Shown: positions 9,759 through 19,195, numbered from the stretch's first letter. The stretch: DNA of 61,464 nt from Candidatus Falkowbacteria bacterium (GCA_003554785.1 PWHG01000006.1:1-61464), one strand, 5' to 3'. Notes: a model not told the origin generated them from the letters alone. Translations and numbers: made by a program.

Positions 9759-10167
9759 TATTTATAATTTTTTAATTTACTTGTTCATAAAATGATTTAA
9801 TACTTTAAATAATTATTTAACTCTTGTCTATAGACATTTTATAGCTCTTTCTGTTTTAGTTATTTTATTCCGGATTTACGATTTACTATATTTTTTTAAA
9901 AATTAAAACAGTTTTTTGATCATTGTTTGCCTCTATTTGCTCCTTTATTTTTCTTATTTTATTCATCATATCAATAAAATAGTTCTTTTTATGGAGAAGA
10001 GTTCTGATGTAATTAATTTTAGTATTAGACATAGGTTTGTTTGAGAGTTTTTAAAAAATATATTTTTTATATATATATTTTAAACGGTTTCTTACTAATT
10101 ATTATTAATTAATAAGGTACATTAGCTATGTCTAATTTTAATATTAATTACTTTAATTTATAGCATT

Positions 10168-11226
10168 ATGGAAAAAGTAGGCATAATTTTAGTCAATTAC
10201 AAAGACTACGCCAAAAAATATTTAAAGGACTGTTATCAGTCAATTTTAAATTCTGAGTATAAAAACTGGGAGTTAGTTATTGTTGACAATCAAAGTAGTT
10301 CTGAGACTTATGAGTATCTTAAAAGCAACGCTAAAGAGGCTAAAATAATTAGAAATGAAGAAAATGACGGCTTTGCTAAAGGAAACAATGACGCCATGAA
10401 ATATTTTCTAGAAAAAAATACTCCCTATATTTTGCTTTTAAACATGGACGCTTATCTAGATCCTTATGCAATCTCAGAGCTTTTGCAAGTTATCAAAGAG
10501 GATAAATATGTCTCTGGAGTTCAGGCAAGATTAATGCTTGAAAGTGATAAAAAAAGGATTAATAGTTTAGGTAATATTTCTAATTTTTTAGGATATGGTT
10601 ATTGCTCAAAGTATAATGAAGTGTACAAGGGAAAAAATAAATTAAGTGACTACATAGCTTATCCTTCAGGGGCAGCGGTATTGTTAAAAACAGAAGCTTT
10701 AAAAGAAATAGGCTTTTTTGATGAAAAACTTTGGATGTATAATGAAGATCAAGATTTAGCATGGCGACTATGGTTGTCTGGTTATAGTTGTAAAATTGCT
10801 TATAATTCAGTGGCTTATCATAAATATGAATTTGGTCGTTCAATTTCTAAATATTATTACATGGATAGAAATCGAATAATTGTAGCTTTTAAAAATTATT
10901 CATTGCCATCACTTCTTATATTTTTCCCAGCTTTTTTCTTTACAGAAATTTCTTCACTGCTTTTTGCTTGGCGCGGTGGTTGGTTAAAAGAAAAATTAAA
11001 AGTCTGGCTATTCTTTTTTAATTTTAAAAATTGGTTTTATTTAATTAAAGCTAGAAAAAAAACACAGAAATTAAGAAAAAGAAAAGATAGTGAGATTTTA
11101 AAGTATTTCTCTGGAAAAATTACTCATCAAGAAGTTGATAATTTTGTTTTAAGATATATTGCCAACCCAATACTGCAAGTTTATTTTTCCATTTGCAAAT
11201 CTATTCTTAAACTACTAAACTTCTAA
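10168..11226 (+). CDS. Glycosyltransferase family 2 with C-terminal membrane segment
   Basis: ILVNYKDY..IVDNQSS..NDGFAKGNN..LLLNMD..NEDQDL motifs, and a hydrophobic C-terminal third. Confidence 0.85.
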   Translation: MEKVGIILVNYKDYAKKYLKDCYQSILNSEYKNWELVIVDNQSSSETYEYLKSNAKEAKIIRNEENDGFAKGNNDAMKYFLEKNTPYILLLNMDAYLDPYAISELLQVIKEDKYVSGVQARLMLESDKKRINSLGNISNFLGYGYCSKYNEVYKGKNKLSDYIAYPSGAAVLLKTEALKEIGFFDEKLWMYNEDQDLAWRLWLSGYSCKIAYNSVAYHKYEFGRSISKYYYMDRNRIIVAFKNYSLPSLLIFFPAFFFTEISSLLFAWRGGWLKEKLKVWLFFFNFKNWFYLIKARKKTQKLRKRKDSEILKYFSGKITHQEVDNFVLRYIANPILQVYFSICKSILKLLNF

Positions 11227-11227
11227 T

Positions 11228-12019
11228 ATGGATTTATCAATTATAATTGTAAACTACAAAAGTTTTGACAAGCTAAAAAATTGCCTTTCATCGATTGAAA
11301 AATCTAATATCGGTAGTATTAGCTTGGAAGCAATTGTAGTTGAAAATAATTCTGGTGACAAGCTTGAAGCTTTGCTTGATAATTATTCTTTTGCCAAACT
11401 GGTTAAAAGTGAGAAAAATTTAGGCATGGGTGGTGGCAATAATTTAGGAATTAAACACTCAAGTGGAGACTATATTTTAATCAGCAACCCTGATATTGTT
11501 TTTGAAAAAAATTGTATTTTAAATTTATATAATTATTTAAAAAATCATGAAAATGTAGCTCTAGTTGGACCAAAACTACTTAACCCTGATAGAAGTTTGC
11601 AATATTCCTGTGCTCGTTTTCCTAAAATTTATTTACCACTTCTTAGAAGAACGGCAATCGGTTATTTTTTTAGAAATTATTTAGATAAATATTTTTTAAA
11701 AAACGAAAATTATGATAAAATAAAAGAAGTTGATTGGCTACTTGGAGCCTGTTTTTTAGTTAGAAGAGAAGAGATGTTTTTTAAAGACAATAAATTGTTT
11801 GATGAAAGGTATTTTATGTATTTTGAGGATGTAGATTTATGTCGTCGAATTGAGAAAAATTCTAAAAAAGTTGTATATTTGCCAACTGCAATTGCAATTC
11901 ATGATCATCTTCGCTCCAGCGCTCGCTATCCTTGGTATTTAGCAATTTTTAAAGATAAATTAGCCCGCCAACATATAATTTCTTGGTGGCGTTATTTTTT
12001 AAAATGGAAATTTCATTAA
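11228..12019 (+). CDS. Glycosyltransferase family 2
   Basis: MDLSIIIVNYKS..VVENNSGD..NLGMGGGNN..ISNPD..FEDVDLC. Paralog of 2697-3545. Confidence 0.85.
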   Translation: MDLSIIIVNYKSFDKLKNCLSSIEKSNIGSISLEAIVVENNSGDKLEALLDNYSFAKLVKSEKNLGMGGGNNLGIKHSSGDYILISNPDIVFEKNCILNLYNYLKNHENVALVGPKLLNPDRSLQYSCARFPKIYLPLLRRTAIGYFFRNYLDKYFLKNENYDKIKEVDWLLGACFLVRREEMFFKDNKLFDERYFMYFEDVDLCRRIEKNSKKVVYLPTAIAIHDHLRSSARYPWYLAIFKDKLARQHIISWWRYFLKWKFH

Positions 12020-12033
12020 TTAAATAAATTTAT

Positions 12034-12909
12034 ATGCAAAAAATCAAAAAAGCAATTTTACCAGTGGCTGGCTTTGGCACTCGATTTTTACCAGCTACTA
12101 AAGCTCAACCAAAAGAGATGTTAACTGTGGTTGACAAGCCAGTGATTCAATATTTAGTTGAAGACGCAGTGTCTGCGGGAATTGAAGAAATTATTTTTGT
12201 AACTGGTAGAGGCAAGCGTGCAATTGAAGATCATTTTGACTATTCCTTTGAGCTCTCAAAAACTTTGGTAGAGAAAAATAAACTTGATTTAGTTAAAAAA
12301 GTTCAAGCAATTGAAAGCTTAGCTAAGTTTAGTTATGTGCGCCAACCAGTGCCACTAGGAGACGGTCATGCTGTTAATTGTGCTTCTCACTTAGTGGGTA
12401 AAGATGAACCAGTTTTAGTAATGTTTGGTGATACTTTGTATGATTCAAAAAAATCACCAGTTTCACAAGTAGTTGAAAGCTACAATAAATATCAGCAAAG
12501 CATAATTGGTCTTTCTGAGGTAAATCCCGAAGAAGTTAAATATTTTGGAGTAATTGATGGCAAAGATTTAGGCGGTGGTAGTTATAAGATAAAGAAGTTT
12601 ATTGAAAAACCAAAAAAGAATGCGCCTTCAAATTTAGTTCAAGTTGGCATAAATATAATTACTCCCGATATTTTAAAGATTTTAAAAACTATGAAAAAAG
12701 GTGAGTCTGGTGAAATTCGCCTAGCTGATGCTTATTCTTTATTATTAAATCAAAAAAAAGCCCTCTATGGTCGGCGCTTAGAAGGCGAGTGGCTTGATAC
12801 TGGTAATAAATTAAATTTTCTAAAAGCCAGCATTAAACTTGGTTTAAAAGATAAAGAAATTGGTAAGGACTTAAATCAGTTTATTAAAGACTTATCAAAA
12901 GATATTTAA
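12034..12909 (+). CDS. galU: UTP--glucose-1-phosphate uridylyltransferase
   Basis: KKAILPVAGFGTRFLPATKAQPKEML, VEKP, DTG motifs. Confidence 0.9.
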   Translation: MQKIKKAILPVAGFGTRFLPATKAQPKEMLTVVDKPVIQYLVEDAVSAGIEEIIFVTGRGKRAIEDHFDYSFELSKTLVEKNKLDLVKKVQAIESLAKFSYVRQPVPLGDGHAVNCASHLVGKDEPVLVMFGDTLYDSKKSPVSQVVESYNKYQQSIIGLSEVNPEEVKYFGVIDGKDLGGGSYKIKKFIEKPKKNAPSNLVQVGINIITPDILKILKTMKKGESGEIRLADAYSLLLNQKKALYGRRLEGEWLDTGNKLNFLKASIKLGLKDKEIGKDLNQFIKDLSKDI

Positions 12910-14247
12910 TTAATGAAGCAGTAATTTAAATATTCCTGATTGATTATCAGTTTCTGCATAAAAATACAAAATAGATTGATCATCGTTTATATATAAGGGC
13001 CCAATATTTTGGGCTCTTAATATTTCTAGGTGATCATTTTTTTTGTTTTTAAAATAAACAATATTAATAGAATTTTTTGTTGAATAAATGAGATAATTTT
13101 CCTTAGTTTGCCATATAAAGTCAGTAACATTTTGACTGAGTCTTAAAAGTAATTTTTTTTCATTATTGTTTAAGTTGTAGCGATAAATTTCATTGTTTTT
13201 TTGCCAAAGAAGATTATTTTCAAACCATCTCCAATTATCAACATTGTTAACTATTCTTTGTCTATCTAAAAACATGTCTTTTTCAATTAAAATTAATCTT
13301 TTAGAAAGACTGTCGTATAGATTAATTAAATTAAGATTTTGATTGGTAAATTTATAATCTCCACTTGGTATAATAATTGATCTTTGCCTAGATAAAGAGT
13401 CTAGATTGTAGCTTCTTAAGTAATAATTTAATTGATTGGCTTCAATAGTGTAAATTAGATTATCCTTTATAAAAAAATTTAAATAATCACCAGAATCTAA
13501 AAGTATTTTTTCTTCTTTTTTATTTATATCAATATAGGAAATTTTTTCACCAGTATTGTAATATAAAATGTTATTTTTTAGATCAAAATCAAAATTTAGA
13601 TAATCTTGATCTATTATTTCTTGAACATTGAATAATTTCTGCTTTTTATCTAAGTCATATAAATTAGAACCATTTAATAAAATATTATTGCCAAGATATT
13701 TACTTAAAGCATCTTCCCTGTAGTCATTTAAACTTAAAACAGATTCTTTTTTATCTAAATTAATTACTTTTCCACTATCAAGAAGAATTAATTTATCTTT
13801 ATTATCGCTTAAAACTATTTCCTCTTTTTCACCTTCATAAATATTTAAAGGCAATGATTTTTTAAAAAGAAAAATATTAGTCAGTGTTGTTGTTTGGTTG
13901 GGATAAATTTCAAAATTTCTGCTAATTGGCCAATAATCATCTTTTTCAAAATGAATATTATATTTTCCTGGTAATAAGTTTTGAATTTTAGCTGGAGTTT
14001 GATAATAATCAATAATTTCTTTTTGAGTTAAAAAACCGCCAACGTCTCTTTTTAGATAAAAATCAACATTTCTTGGTGTTGTTTGAACTATCAGCATTCC
14101 GGTTTTACTAATTAACTGATCAAAACGTAGCTGCCAGTGCCAATTTAAACGATAGCCAGCTGCATAAAGGGAAGTATAAATAGTTAGAAAGATAAATATA
14201 AATATCAAAAACAAACCAACAATATTTATTATTTTTTTACTAGACAT
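12910..14247 (-). CDS. Membrane-anchored protein with a PEGA-like domain and a long beta-rich (propeller-like) region
   Basis: N-terminal TM helix IINIVGLFLIFIFIFLTIY. PGKYNIHFEKDDYWP is PEGA-like. Sits directly downstream of murA on the same strand. Confidence 0.4.
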   Translation of the reverse strand: MSSKKIINIVGLFLIFIFIFLTIYTSLYAAGYRLNWHWQLRFDQLISKTGMLIVQTTPRNVDFYLKRDVGGFLTQKEIIDYYQTPAKIQNLLPGKYNIHFEKDDYWPISRNFEIYPNQTTTLTNIFLFKKSLPLNIYEGEKEEIVLSDNKDKLILLDSGKVINLDKKESVLSLNDYREDALSKYLGNNILLNGSNLYDLDKKQKLFNVQEIIDQDYLNFDFDLKNNILYYNTGEKISYIDINKKEEKILLDSGDYLNFFIKDNLIYTIEANQLNYYLRSYNLDSLSRQRSIIIPSGDYKFTNQNLNLINLYDSLSKRLILIEKDMFLDRQRIVNNVDNWRWFENNLLWQKNNEIYRYNLNNNEKKLLLRLSQNVTDFIWQTKENYLIYSTKNSINIVYFKNKKNDHLEILRAQNIGPLYINDDQSILYFYAETDNQSGIFKLLLH

Positions 14248-14252
14248 AGTTT

Positions 14253-15512
14253 TTATTCTTCTCTTTTAATATCGGCACCAATTGCTCTTAGTCTTTCATC
14301 AAGAGCTTCATAACCACGATCAATTTGATAAATATTGTCAATTTGAGTTTCTTCTTGGGCGACTAGAGCAGCAATAATTAAAGCAATACCAGCGCGAATA
14401 TCTGGACTTATTAATTTCTTTCCAAATAATTTATTGGGTCCATAAACTACTACTCGATGAGGATCACACATGGTAATATCAGCCCCCATTTGTGAGAGCA
14501 TATCTGTCCAGATTAGGCGTCTGTCATAAATTGATTCTTGAATTAATGATTTGCCTTCAGCTTGTGTCATTAAAACTACATACGGGGATTGCAGGTCAGT
14601 TGAAAATCCAGGATACTCATGAGTTTTTATATTCATAGCTTTAATTTTTTTGGCTGGTTTAATTAAAAGCCAATCTTTTCCTTTTACAAAGGGAACTCCA
14701 ATTTTTTCAAAAACAATTAATAAGCTTAAAATATGATCAGGATTACAATTGCTAATTTTCAATTCTGATTTAGTAGCTGCAGCCATTAGGGCAAATGAGC
14801 CAGTTTCAATTCTATCTGGTATAACTGAAACCTTTGAGGCACCTAGTTTTTCTACTCCTTCTATTTTCATAGTTGGAGTGCCAACTCCTTTAATTTTTGC
14901 CCCTTGTTCAATTAAATACTCAGCTAAAGCGACTACTTCTGGCTCCATCGCACAATTTCTAATAATACTAGTGCCTTTTGCTAAAGTAGCGGTCATCATT
15001 AAACTTTGCGTACCAGTTACTGAAACTGTGGAGAAGAAATAATCACAAGCTTGCAGTTTCTTAGCTTTGATGTGATAGAAGTCTTCACCTTCATTGATTT
15101 CTGCACCCATTTTTTTAAAGCCTTCTAAAAACAGATCAATTGGCCTACCAGCTGCTCCAATCACACAACCACCGGGATGAGGAAATTTAACTTCACCAAA
15201 TCTGGCCAACATTGGACCAACAAACATAACTGAGGTTCTAAACTTATCAGCCATTTTTCTCTCTAGTTCAGTTTTGGAAATATCTTTAGTATTGATTTCT
15301 AAAACATCACCACTGTAGTTAACTTTAGCGCCTAAATTTTCCATTAGTTCAATTGATTTCTCAACACCATCAATTTTTGGGACATTTTTTAAAATCATGG
15401 TTTGCTCTGATAAAAGAGCTGCCGGTATCATTACTTGAGCATTATTTTTTGCTCCACCGACTTTGATTTCACCACTTAGTTTTTGTCCTCCTTGGATGAT
15501 AAATTTAGCCAT
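14253..15512 (-). CDS. murA: UDP-N-acetylglucosamine 1-carboxyvinyltransferase
   Basis: MAKFIIQGGQKLSGEIKVGGAKNNA and the active-site region HPGGCVIGAAGRPIDL. 419 aa. Confidence 0.95.
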   Translation of the reverse strand: MAKFIIQGGQKLSGEIKVGGAKNNAQVMIPAALLSEQTMILKNVPKIDGVEKSIELMENLGAKVNYSGDVLEINTKDISKTELERKMADKFRTSVMFVGPMLARFGEVKFPHPGGCVIGAAGRPIDLFLEGFKKMGAEINEGEDFYHIKAKKLQACDYFFSTVSVTGTQSLMMTATLAKGTSIIRNCAMEPEVVALAEYLIEQGAKIKGVGTPTMKIEGVEKLGASKVSVIPDRIETGSFALMAAATKSELKISNCNPDHILSLLIVFEKIGVPFVKGKDWLLIKPAKKIKAMNIKTHEYPGFSTDLQSPYVVLMTQAEGKSLIQESIYDRRLIWTDMLSQMGADITMCDPHRVVVYGPNKLFGKKLISPDIRAGIALIIAALVAQEETQIDNIYQIDRGYEALDERLRAIGADIKREE

Positions 15513-15563
15513 ATGTTTGTTTTTATTTTATTATTTATTTATACCTTAATCATATCCTATTTG

Positions 15564-15591
15564 TTGACATTTTTCAAATATTTGTTAATAT
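15564..15591 (+). promoter_or_regulatory. Sigma70-type promoter for rplU (TTGACA-16 nt-TAATAT)
   Basis: TTGACA at 15564-15569 and TAATAT at 15586-15591, read directly. Confidence 0.5.
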
Positions 15592-15598
15592 TTAATTG

Positions 15599-15621
15599 AA
15601 TCAGTATTTAACTGATTTTTT
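15599..15621 (+). promoter_or_regulatory. Leader hairpin plus T-run between the rplU promoter and the start codon (possible attenuator or 5' stabiliser)
   Basis: AATCAGT (15599-15605) pairs with ACTGATT (15611-15617), loop ATTTA, followed by a T-run to 15621. Confidence 0.3.
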
Positions 15622-15642
15622 CTATTAAACATAAATAAATAT

Positions 15643-15957
15643 ATGAGTAAAATTGCTGTAATTGCCACTGGTGGTAAACAATATAAAGTTAAAGCTAAGG
15701 ATGTTATTAAAATTGAAAAATTAGCTAAAAAAGAAGGTGAAAAAGTTAAATTTGACACCCTACTTATTGCCGATAGTGATGGTTCATCACTTAATCTTGG
15801 TAAACCTAAATTAAAAGAAAATGTTGAAGGCAAAGTTTTAAGTACTGAAAAAGATAAAAAAGTGAAAGTGGTGAAATACAAAAACAAGATTAGATACAAA
15901 AGAAACCTTGGACACAGACAATCTAAAACTTCTGTAGAAATTTTAGATATTGCTTAA
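15643..15957 (+). CDS. rplU: 50S ribosomal protein L21
   Basis: MSKIAVIATGGKQYKV..GHRQ..T.VEILDI signature. 104 aa. Confidence 0.95.
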   Translation: MSKIAVIATGGKQYKVKAKDVIKIEKLAKKEGEKVKFDTLLIADSDGSSLNLGKPKLKENVEGKVLSTEKDKKVKVVKYKNKIRYKRNLGHRQSKTSVEILDIA

Positions 15958-15976
15958 ACTATTTTAATACTACTTT

Positions 15977-16010
15977 AAAACCCTATTTATATAAATAGGG
16001 TTTTTATTTT
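15977..16010 (+). terminator. Rho-independent terminator after rplU
   Basis: AAAACCCTATTTAT/ATAAATAGGGTTTT perfect hairpin followed by T-rich sequence. Confidence 0.8.
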
Positions 16011-16059
16011 TCCGCTTCTTTACTATAATATTTTTATATAATTAATTAATTTAAAAACT

Positions 16060-16503
16060 ATGAAAAATAAACAAGGTTTTACTCTGATTGAGCTTCTAGT
16101 GGTAATTGCCATTATTGGTCTATTAGCGACTCTCTCAGTAGTAGCTTTAAACAACGCTCGTGAAAGAGCCAGAGACTCAAGAAGAATTTCTGACATTAGA
16201 CAAATTCAAACAGCACTGGAGCTGTATTATAATGCTAATCCAACTACTGGTTATCCTAGTGAAACCACAACAGGAGGAGTGGCTGCTCATACCTCGTTTG
16301 GAACTACTTTGGATAATTATATTGATCCTATTCCAGAAAATCCTAGTCCGGATGATTGCAATGATGGTACTTTTGGAGGTGAATATTTATATTTTAGTAA
16401 TGATTCTAATTCATATACTCTAGAGCATTGTTTAGGAAGCGATACTGGCGGAATCCCAGCAGGTATAAATACTGCCAATGAAATGACTATAACTACTCAG
16501 TAA
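16060..16503 (+). CDS. Type IV pilin-like protein (prepilin N-terminal methylation domain)
   Basis: MKNKQGFTLIELLVVIAIIGLLA: class III signal peptide with a G|F cleavage site and Glu+5. Confidence 0.9.
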   Translation: MKNKQGFTLIELLVVIAIIGLLATLSVVALNNARERARDSRRISDIRQIQTALELYYNANPTTGYPSETTTGGVAAHTSFGTTLDNYIDPIPENPSPDDCNDGTFGGEYLYFSNDSNSYTLEHCLGSDTGGIPAGINTANEMTITTQ

Positions 16504-16525
16504 TTATATTAGCAAGTTGATATTT

Positions 16526-16557
16526 AAAAACATCCATGACTATCATGGATGTTTTTT
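16526..16557. terminator. Bidirectional terminator between the pilin gene and recR
   Basis: AAAAACATCCATGA-cta-TCATGGATGTTTTTT. Confidence 0.75.
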
Positions 16558-16581
16558 GTTTTATTAATTTTTCTTATTTAA

Positions 16582-17175
16582 TTATAAATCCTGCCGATAT
16601 TTAAGAGCGTTTTTTAGAGTTAAGCTATCAGCATATTCAAGATCTGAGCCTAGTGGAAGTCCTTTAGCTAAACGGCTGACTTTTACGTTTTCTGGTAAAT
16701 ATTTTTTTAAATAAAGAGTAGTGCCTTCACCTTCAATGGTGAAGTTAAGGGCGACTATCAGCTCAGTGATGTTTTCATTTTTAATTAAGTTTAGAAATTG
16801 CTTGATTGGTAGATCCTGGGGGTTGATATTAGAGATTGGATCAATTAGTTTTCCCAGGACGAAATATTTGCCGGAGAACTGCTTGGTTTCTTCAATTGCC
16901 CATAGATCTTGAGTGTTTTCCACTAAACAAATTTGTTTAGTGTCTCTTCTTTTGTCTTGGCAAATATAGCAGGGATCTTTTTCTGTAAAAGTATTGCAAA
17001 TTGAGCAATTTTTGATATTATCTTTTAAGTTTTTGATGTTTTCTGATAGAGAAAGCAGTTCTTCCTTGGGTGAGTGTAGAAGTGAAAAAACATAGCGTTC
17101 AGCCGTTTTTGGGCCAACGCTGGGAAGTTGGGAAAAAGCTTTAATTAATTTTTCAATGCTTTCTGGATAATTCAT
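16582..17175 (-). CDS. recR: Recombination protein RecR
   Basis: LPSVGPKTAERY helix-hairpin-helix, C4 zinc finger CSICNTFTEKDPCYIC, Toprim region. Confidence 0.95.
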   Translation of the reverse strand: MNYPESIEKLIKAFSQLPSVGPKTAERYVFSLLHSPKEELLSLSENIKNLKDNIKNCSICNTFTEKDPCYICQDKRRDTKQICLVENTQDLWAIEETKQFSGKYFVLGKLIDPISNINPQDLPIKQFLNLIKNENITELIVALNFTIEGEGTTLYLKKYLPENVKVSRLAKGLPLGSDLEYADSLTLKNALKYRQDL

Positions 17176-17178
17176 GTT

Positions 17179-17454
17179 TTAACTTAAACCAGGCATACCG
17201 CCCATTTCTTGCATTTTTTTAGCCATTAATTTTTGGGTTTTTTTAATAGCGTCATTTAAGCAAGTTTTAAGGGCTTTGCTTTGTTCTTCGTTTGAAAGAG
17301 ATTCGTTTAGACTTAATTCAATGATTTCTAAGTTACCATTTAAGGTTACCTTAACTCCGTTTTTTTCCTCACTAACTTTTTCATCAGCTAGCTTTGATTG
17401 CATGGTTTTTGCTTGTGAACGTAAATCTTTGAACTGTTTTAATTTATTAAACAT
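17179..17454 (-). CDS. ybaB: YbaB/EbfC family nucleoid-associated protein
   Basis: 91 aa. Conserved position between dnaB/dnaX-type genes and recR. V.VT.NG...I..L.L pattern. Confidence 0.85.
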   Translation of the reverse strand: MFNKLKQFKDLRSQAKTMQSKLADEKVSEEKNGVKVTLNGNLEIIELSLNESLSNEEQSKALKTCLNDAIKKTQKLMAKKMQEMGGMPGLS

Positions 17455-17481
17455 AAATTTTTAAATTATTTATAATTATTT

Positions 17482-18906
17482 TTAAAATTCTGGTTGAGAT
17501 TCATTTTCGTTTTCGCTTTTATCTTCTACCATTTCTTTTTTGCTCAAATTGCGGAAACTAACTGTGCCTTCATCAAAGAAAAGATTAACTTGACCGGTGG
17601 GACCATTTCTATGTTTGGCGACATAAAGCTCGGCTTTATGTTTTTCCTCTGCGGGAAGCTCTTCTGGTTTATATGTTCTATCAGCTGCTTTTCGGTAGAT
17701 AAACATAACGACATCAGCGTCTTGTTCAATTGAACCTGAATCACGAAGATGAGAGAGCTTAGGAATAGCTGGTGAGGTTTGCTCAACAGCGCGTGATAGC
17801 TGGGCAAGAGCTAAAATAGGGATGTTTAGCTCACGAGCAATTGATTTTAGTCCACGACTAATTTCACCGATTTCTTGCACCCGATTATCACCGTATTTAC
17901 CTCGTCCTTCCATTAATTGTAAGTAGTCAATGACGATTAAGCCTAAGCCTTTTTCTGTTTGCAATCTTCTGGCTTTGGCACGAATTTGCATGATTGACAA
18001 AGTACCGGAGTCATCAATATAGATTGGTGCTTCTGCTAACTCACCCATAGCTCTTCCTATGTTGCTAAAATCATTAGCATCGTCTTTGTCTGAAAGATTA
18101 CCGGTTCTCATTTTCCATAGATTTACTCCAGCTTGAGCACAAAGCATACGATCAACTAATTGTTCTTTACTCATTTCCAGAGAAAAGACTGCTACTCCTT
18201 CTTTTCCTTTTATAGCCGCCTGGCGCGCCATGTCCATAGCTAGGGAAGTTTTACCAACACTAGGACGGGCGGCTAAAATAACTAGGTCTGATTTTTGTAG
18301 TCCGGCTAGTAAATTATCAAGGTCAGTAAATCCGGTAGGCAGACCTCTGAGTTTTCCACTCTTTCTATGGAGTTCATCAATTCTGTCAAAGGCTTGAGTT
18401 AATAAGCTGTCAATTGGCAAAAAAGCATTTTTTAGATATTTTCTAGAAACTCCAAAAATCTTTTTTTCAGTTTCATCTAAAATTTGATCAATATCTCTTT
18501 CCTCTTCATAACTTATGTCCATAATCTCGGTAGCTGCTTGTTGTAGTCGTCTTAGAGTGGCTTTTCTTTGTACAATTGAAGCGTAGTGGGAAACATTTGA
18601 AGCTGTAGCAACTGTATTTGAAAGTTTTGCCAGCAAAGTGCGACCACCAATGCTTTCTAATTGCTTTTTTTCTTCTAGTTTGTTTGAGAGAGTAATAATA
18701 TCAACTGGTTCATTGTTACTGTAGAGTTCAATAATGCATTCATAGATAATTTGATGAGCACCTTTGTAGAAATCTTGTGGTAGTAGAGTATCAACCACTT
18801 TTATAATTGCATCTTTATCAATTAACAAACAACCCAAAAGCGACTCTTCAGCTTCTAAGCTATTTGGTGGAACTTTTTCTAAATTTTTTTCTTTTTCTTG
18901 ATTCAT
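17482..18906 (-). CDS. dnaB: Replicative DNA helicase DnaB
   Basis: PPNSLEAEESLLGCLL N-terminal domain, Walker A ARPSVGKTSLA, LIVIDYLQLM. No intein. Confidence 0.95.
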   Translation of the reverse strand: MNQEKEKNLEKVPPNSLEAEESLLGCLLIDKDAIIKVVDTLLPQDFYKGAHQIIYECIIELYSNNEPVDIITLSNKLEEKKQLESIGGRTLLAKLSNTVATASNVSHYASIVQRKATLRRLQQAATEIMDISYEEERDIDQILDETEKKIFGVSRKYLKNAFLPIDSLLTQAFDRIDELHRKSGKLRGLPTGFTDLDNLLAGLQKSDLVILAARPSVGKTSLAMDMARQAAIKGKEGVAVFSLEMSKEQLVDRMLCAQAGVNLWKMRTGNLSDKDDANDFSNIGRAMGELAEAPIYIDDSGTLSIMQIRAKARRLQTEKGLGLIVIDYLQLMEGRGKYGDNRVQEIGEISRGLKSIARELNIPILALAQLSRAVEQTSPAIPKLSHLRDSGSIEQDADVVMFIYRKAADRTYKPEELPAEEKHKAELYVAKHRNGPTGQVNLFFDEGTVSFRNLSKKEMVEDKSENENESQPEF

Positions 18907-18974
18907 ATAATTAAATAAATCTTAACCTAAATTTAAATTAAATTCAAGGTGTGTTTATTAAGAGTTTTTTCACA

Positions 18975-19005
18975 TAAAAAAACAAACCATTTTTCAATGG
19001 TTTGT
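18975..19005 (-). terminator. Terminator downstream of tRNA-Thr(UGU)
   Basis: On the minus strand: ACAAACCATT-GAAA-AATGGTTTGT followed by a T7 run. Confidence 0.75.
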
Positions 19006-19010
19006 ACTTG

Positions 19011-19084
19011 AGCCACCTGTCGGGCTCGAACCGACGACCTACTGTTTACAAGACAGTTGCTCTAGCCAACTGAGCTAAGGTGGC
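19011..19084 (-). tRNA. tRNA-Thr (anticodon UGU)
   Basis: Cloverleaf folded by hand. Acceptor GCCACCT/AGGTGGC, anticodon stem ACTGT/ACAGT, loop CTTGTAA, T-loop TTCGAGC. CCA not encoded. Confidence 0.9.
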
Positions 19085-19195
19085 AGACTTTTTTGATGAT
19101 ATCTTATTTTAAAAAAAATATCAAGTGTTTGGTTTTAAAAATTATTTTTGTTATTATTAAATTATAATAATATAAAAATATAAACAATATTAATT

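Noticed and set aside
9886-10032. 48-codon minus-strand ORF (MSNTKINYIRTLLHKKNYFIDMMNKIRKIKEQIEANNDQKTVLIFKKI) in the 409-nt gap after the glycan islet
   Set aside because: No ribosome-binding site, promoter or terminator signals, and no family resemblance. In DNA this AT-rich it cannot be told apart from chance without comparative data.
14749-15042. Antisense or out-of-frame ORFs inside well-supported genes: 889-1074, 3199-3450, 10580-10843, 14749-15042, 15585-15899, 16160-16423, 16721-16912, 17276-17464, 17494-17733, 17544-17807, 28146-28559, 28677-28889, 29901-30119, 30892-31161, 32523-32765, 33943-34167, 38490-38807, 39217-39426, 40796-41017, 42951-43163, 46198-46404, 50266-50481, 50372-50566, 50861-51136, 50866-51048, 51191-51427, 54352-54612, 55038-55250
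   Set aside because: Each is fully or largely nested in a longer ORF with clear family motifs (thyA, murA, rplU, recR, dnaB, clpB, pgk, eno, gyrB, SPFH and others). Their translations are low-complexity with no recognisable motifs.
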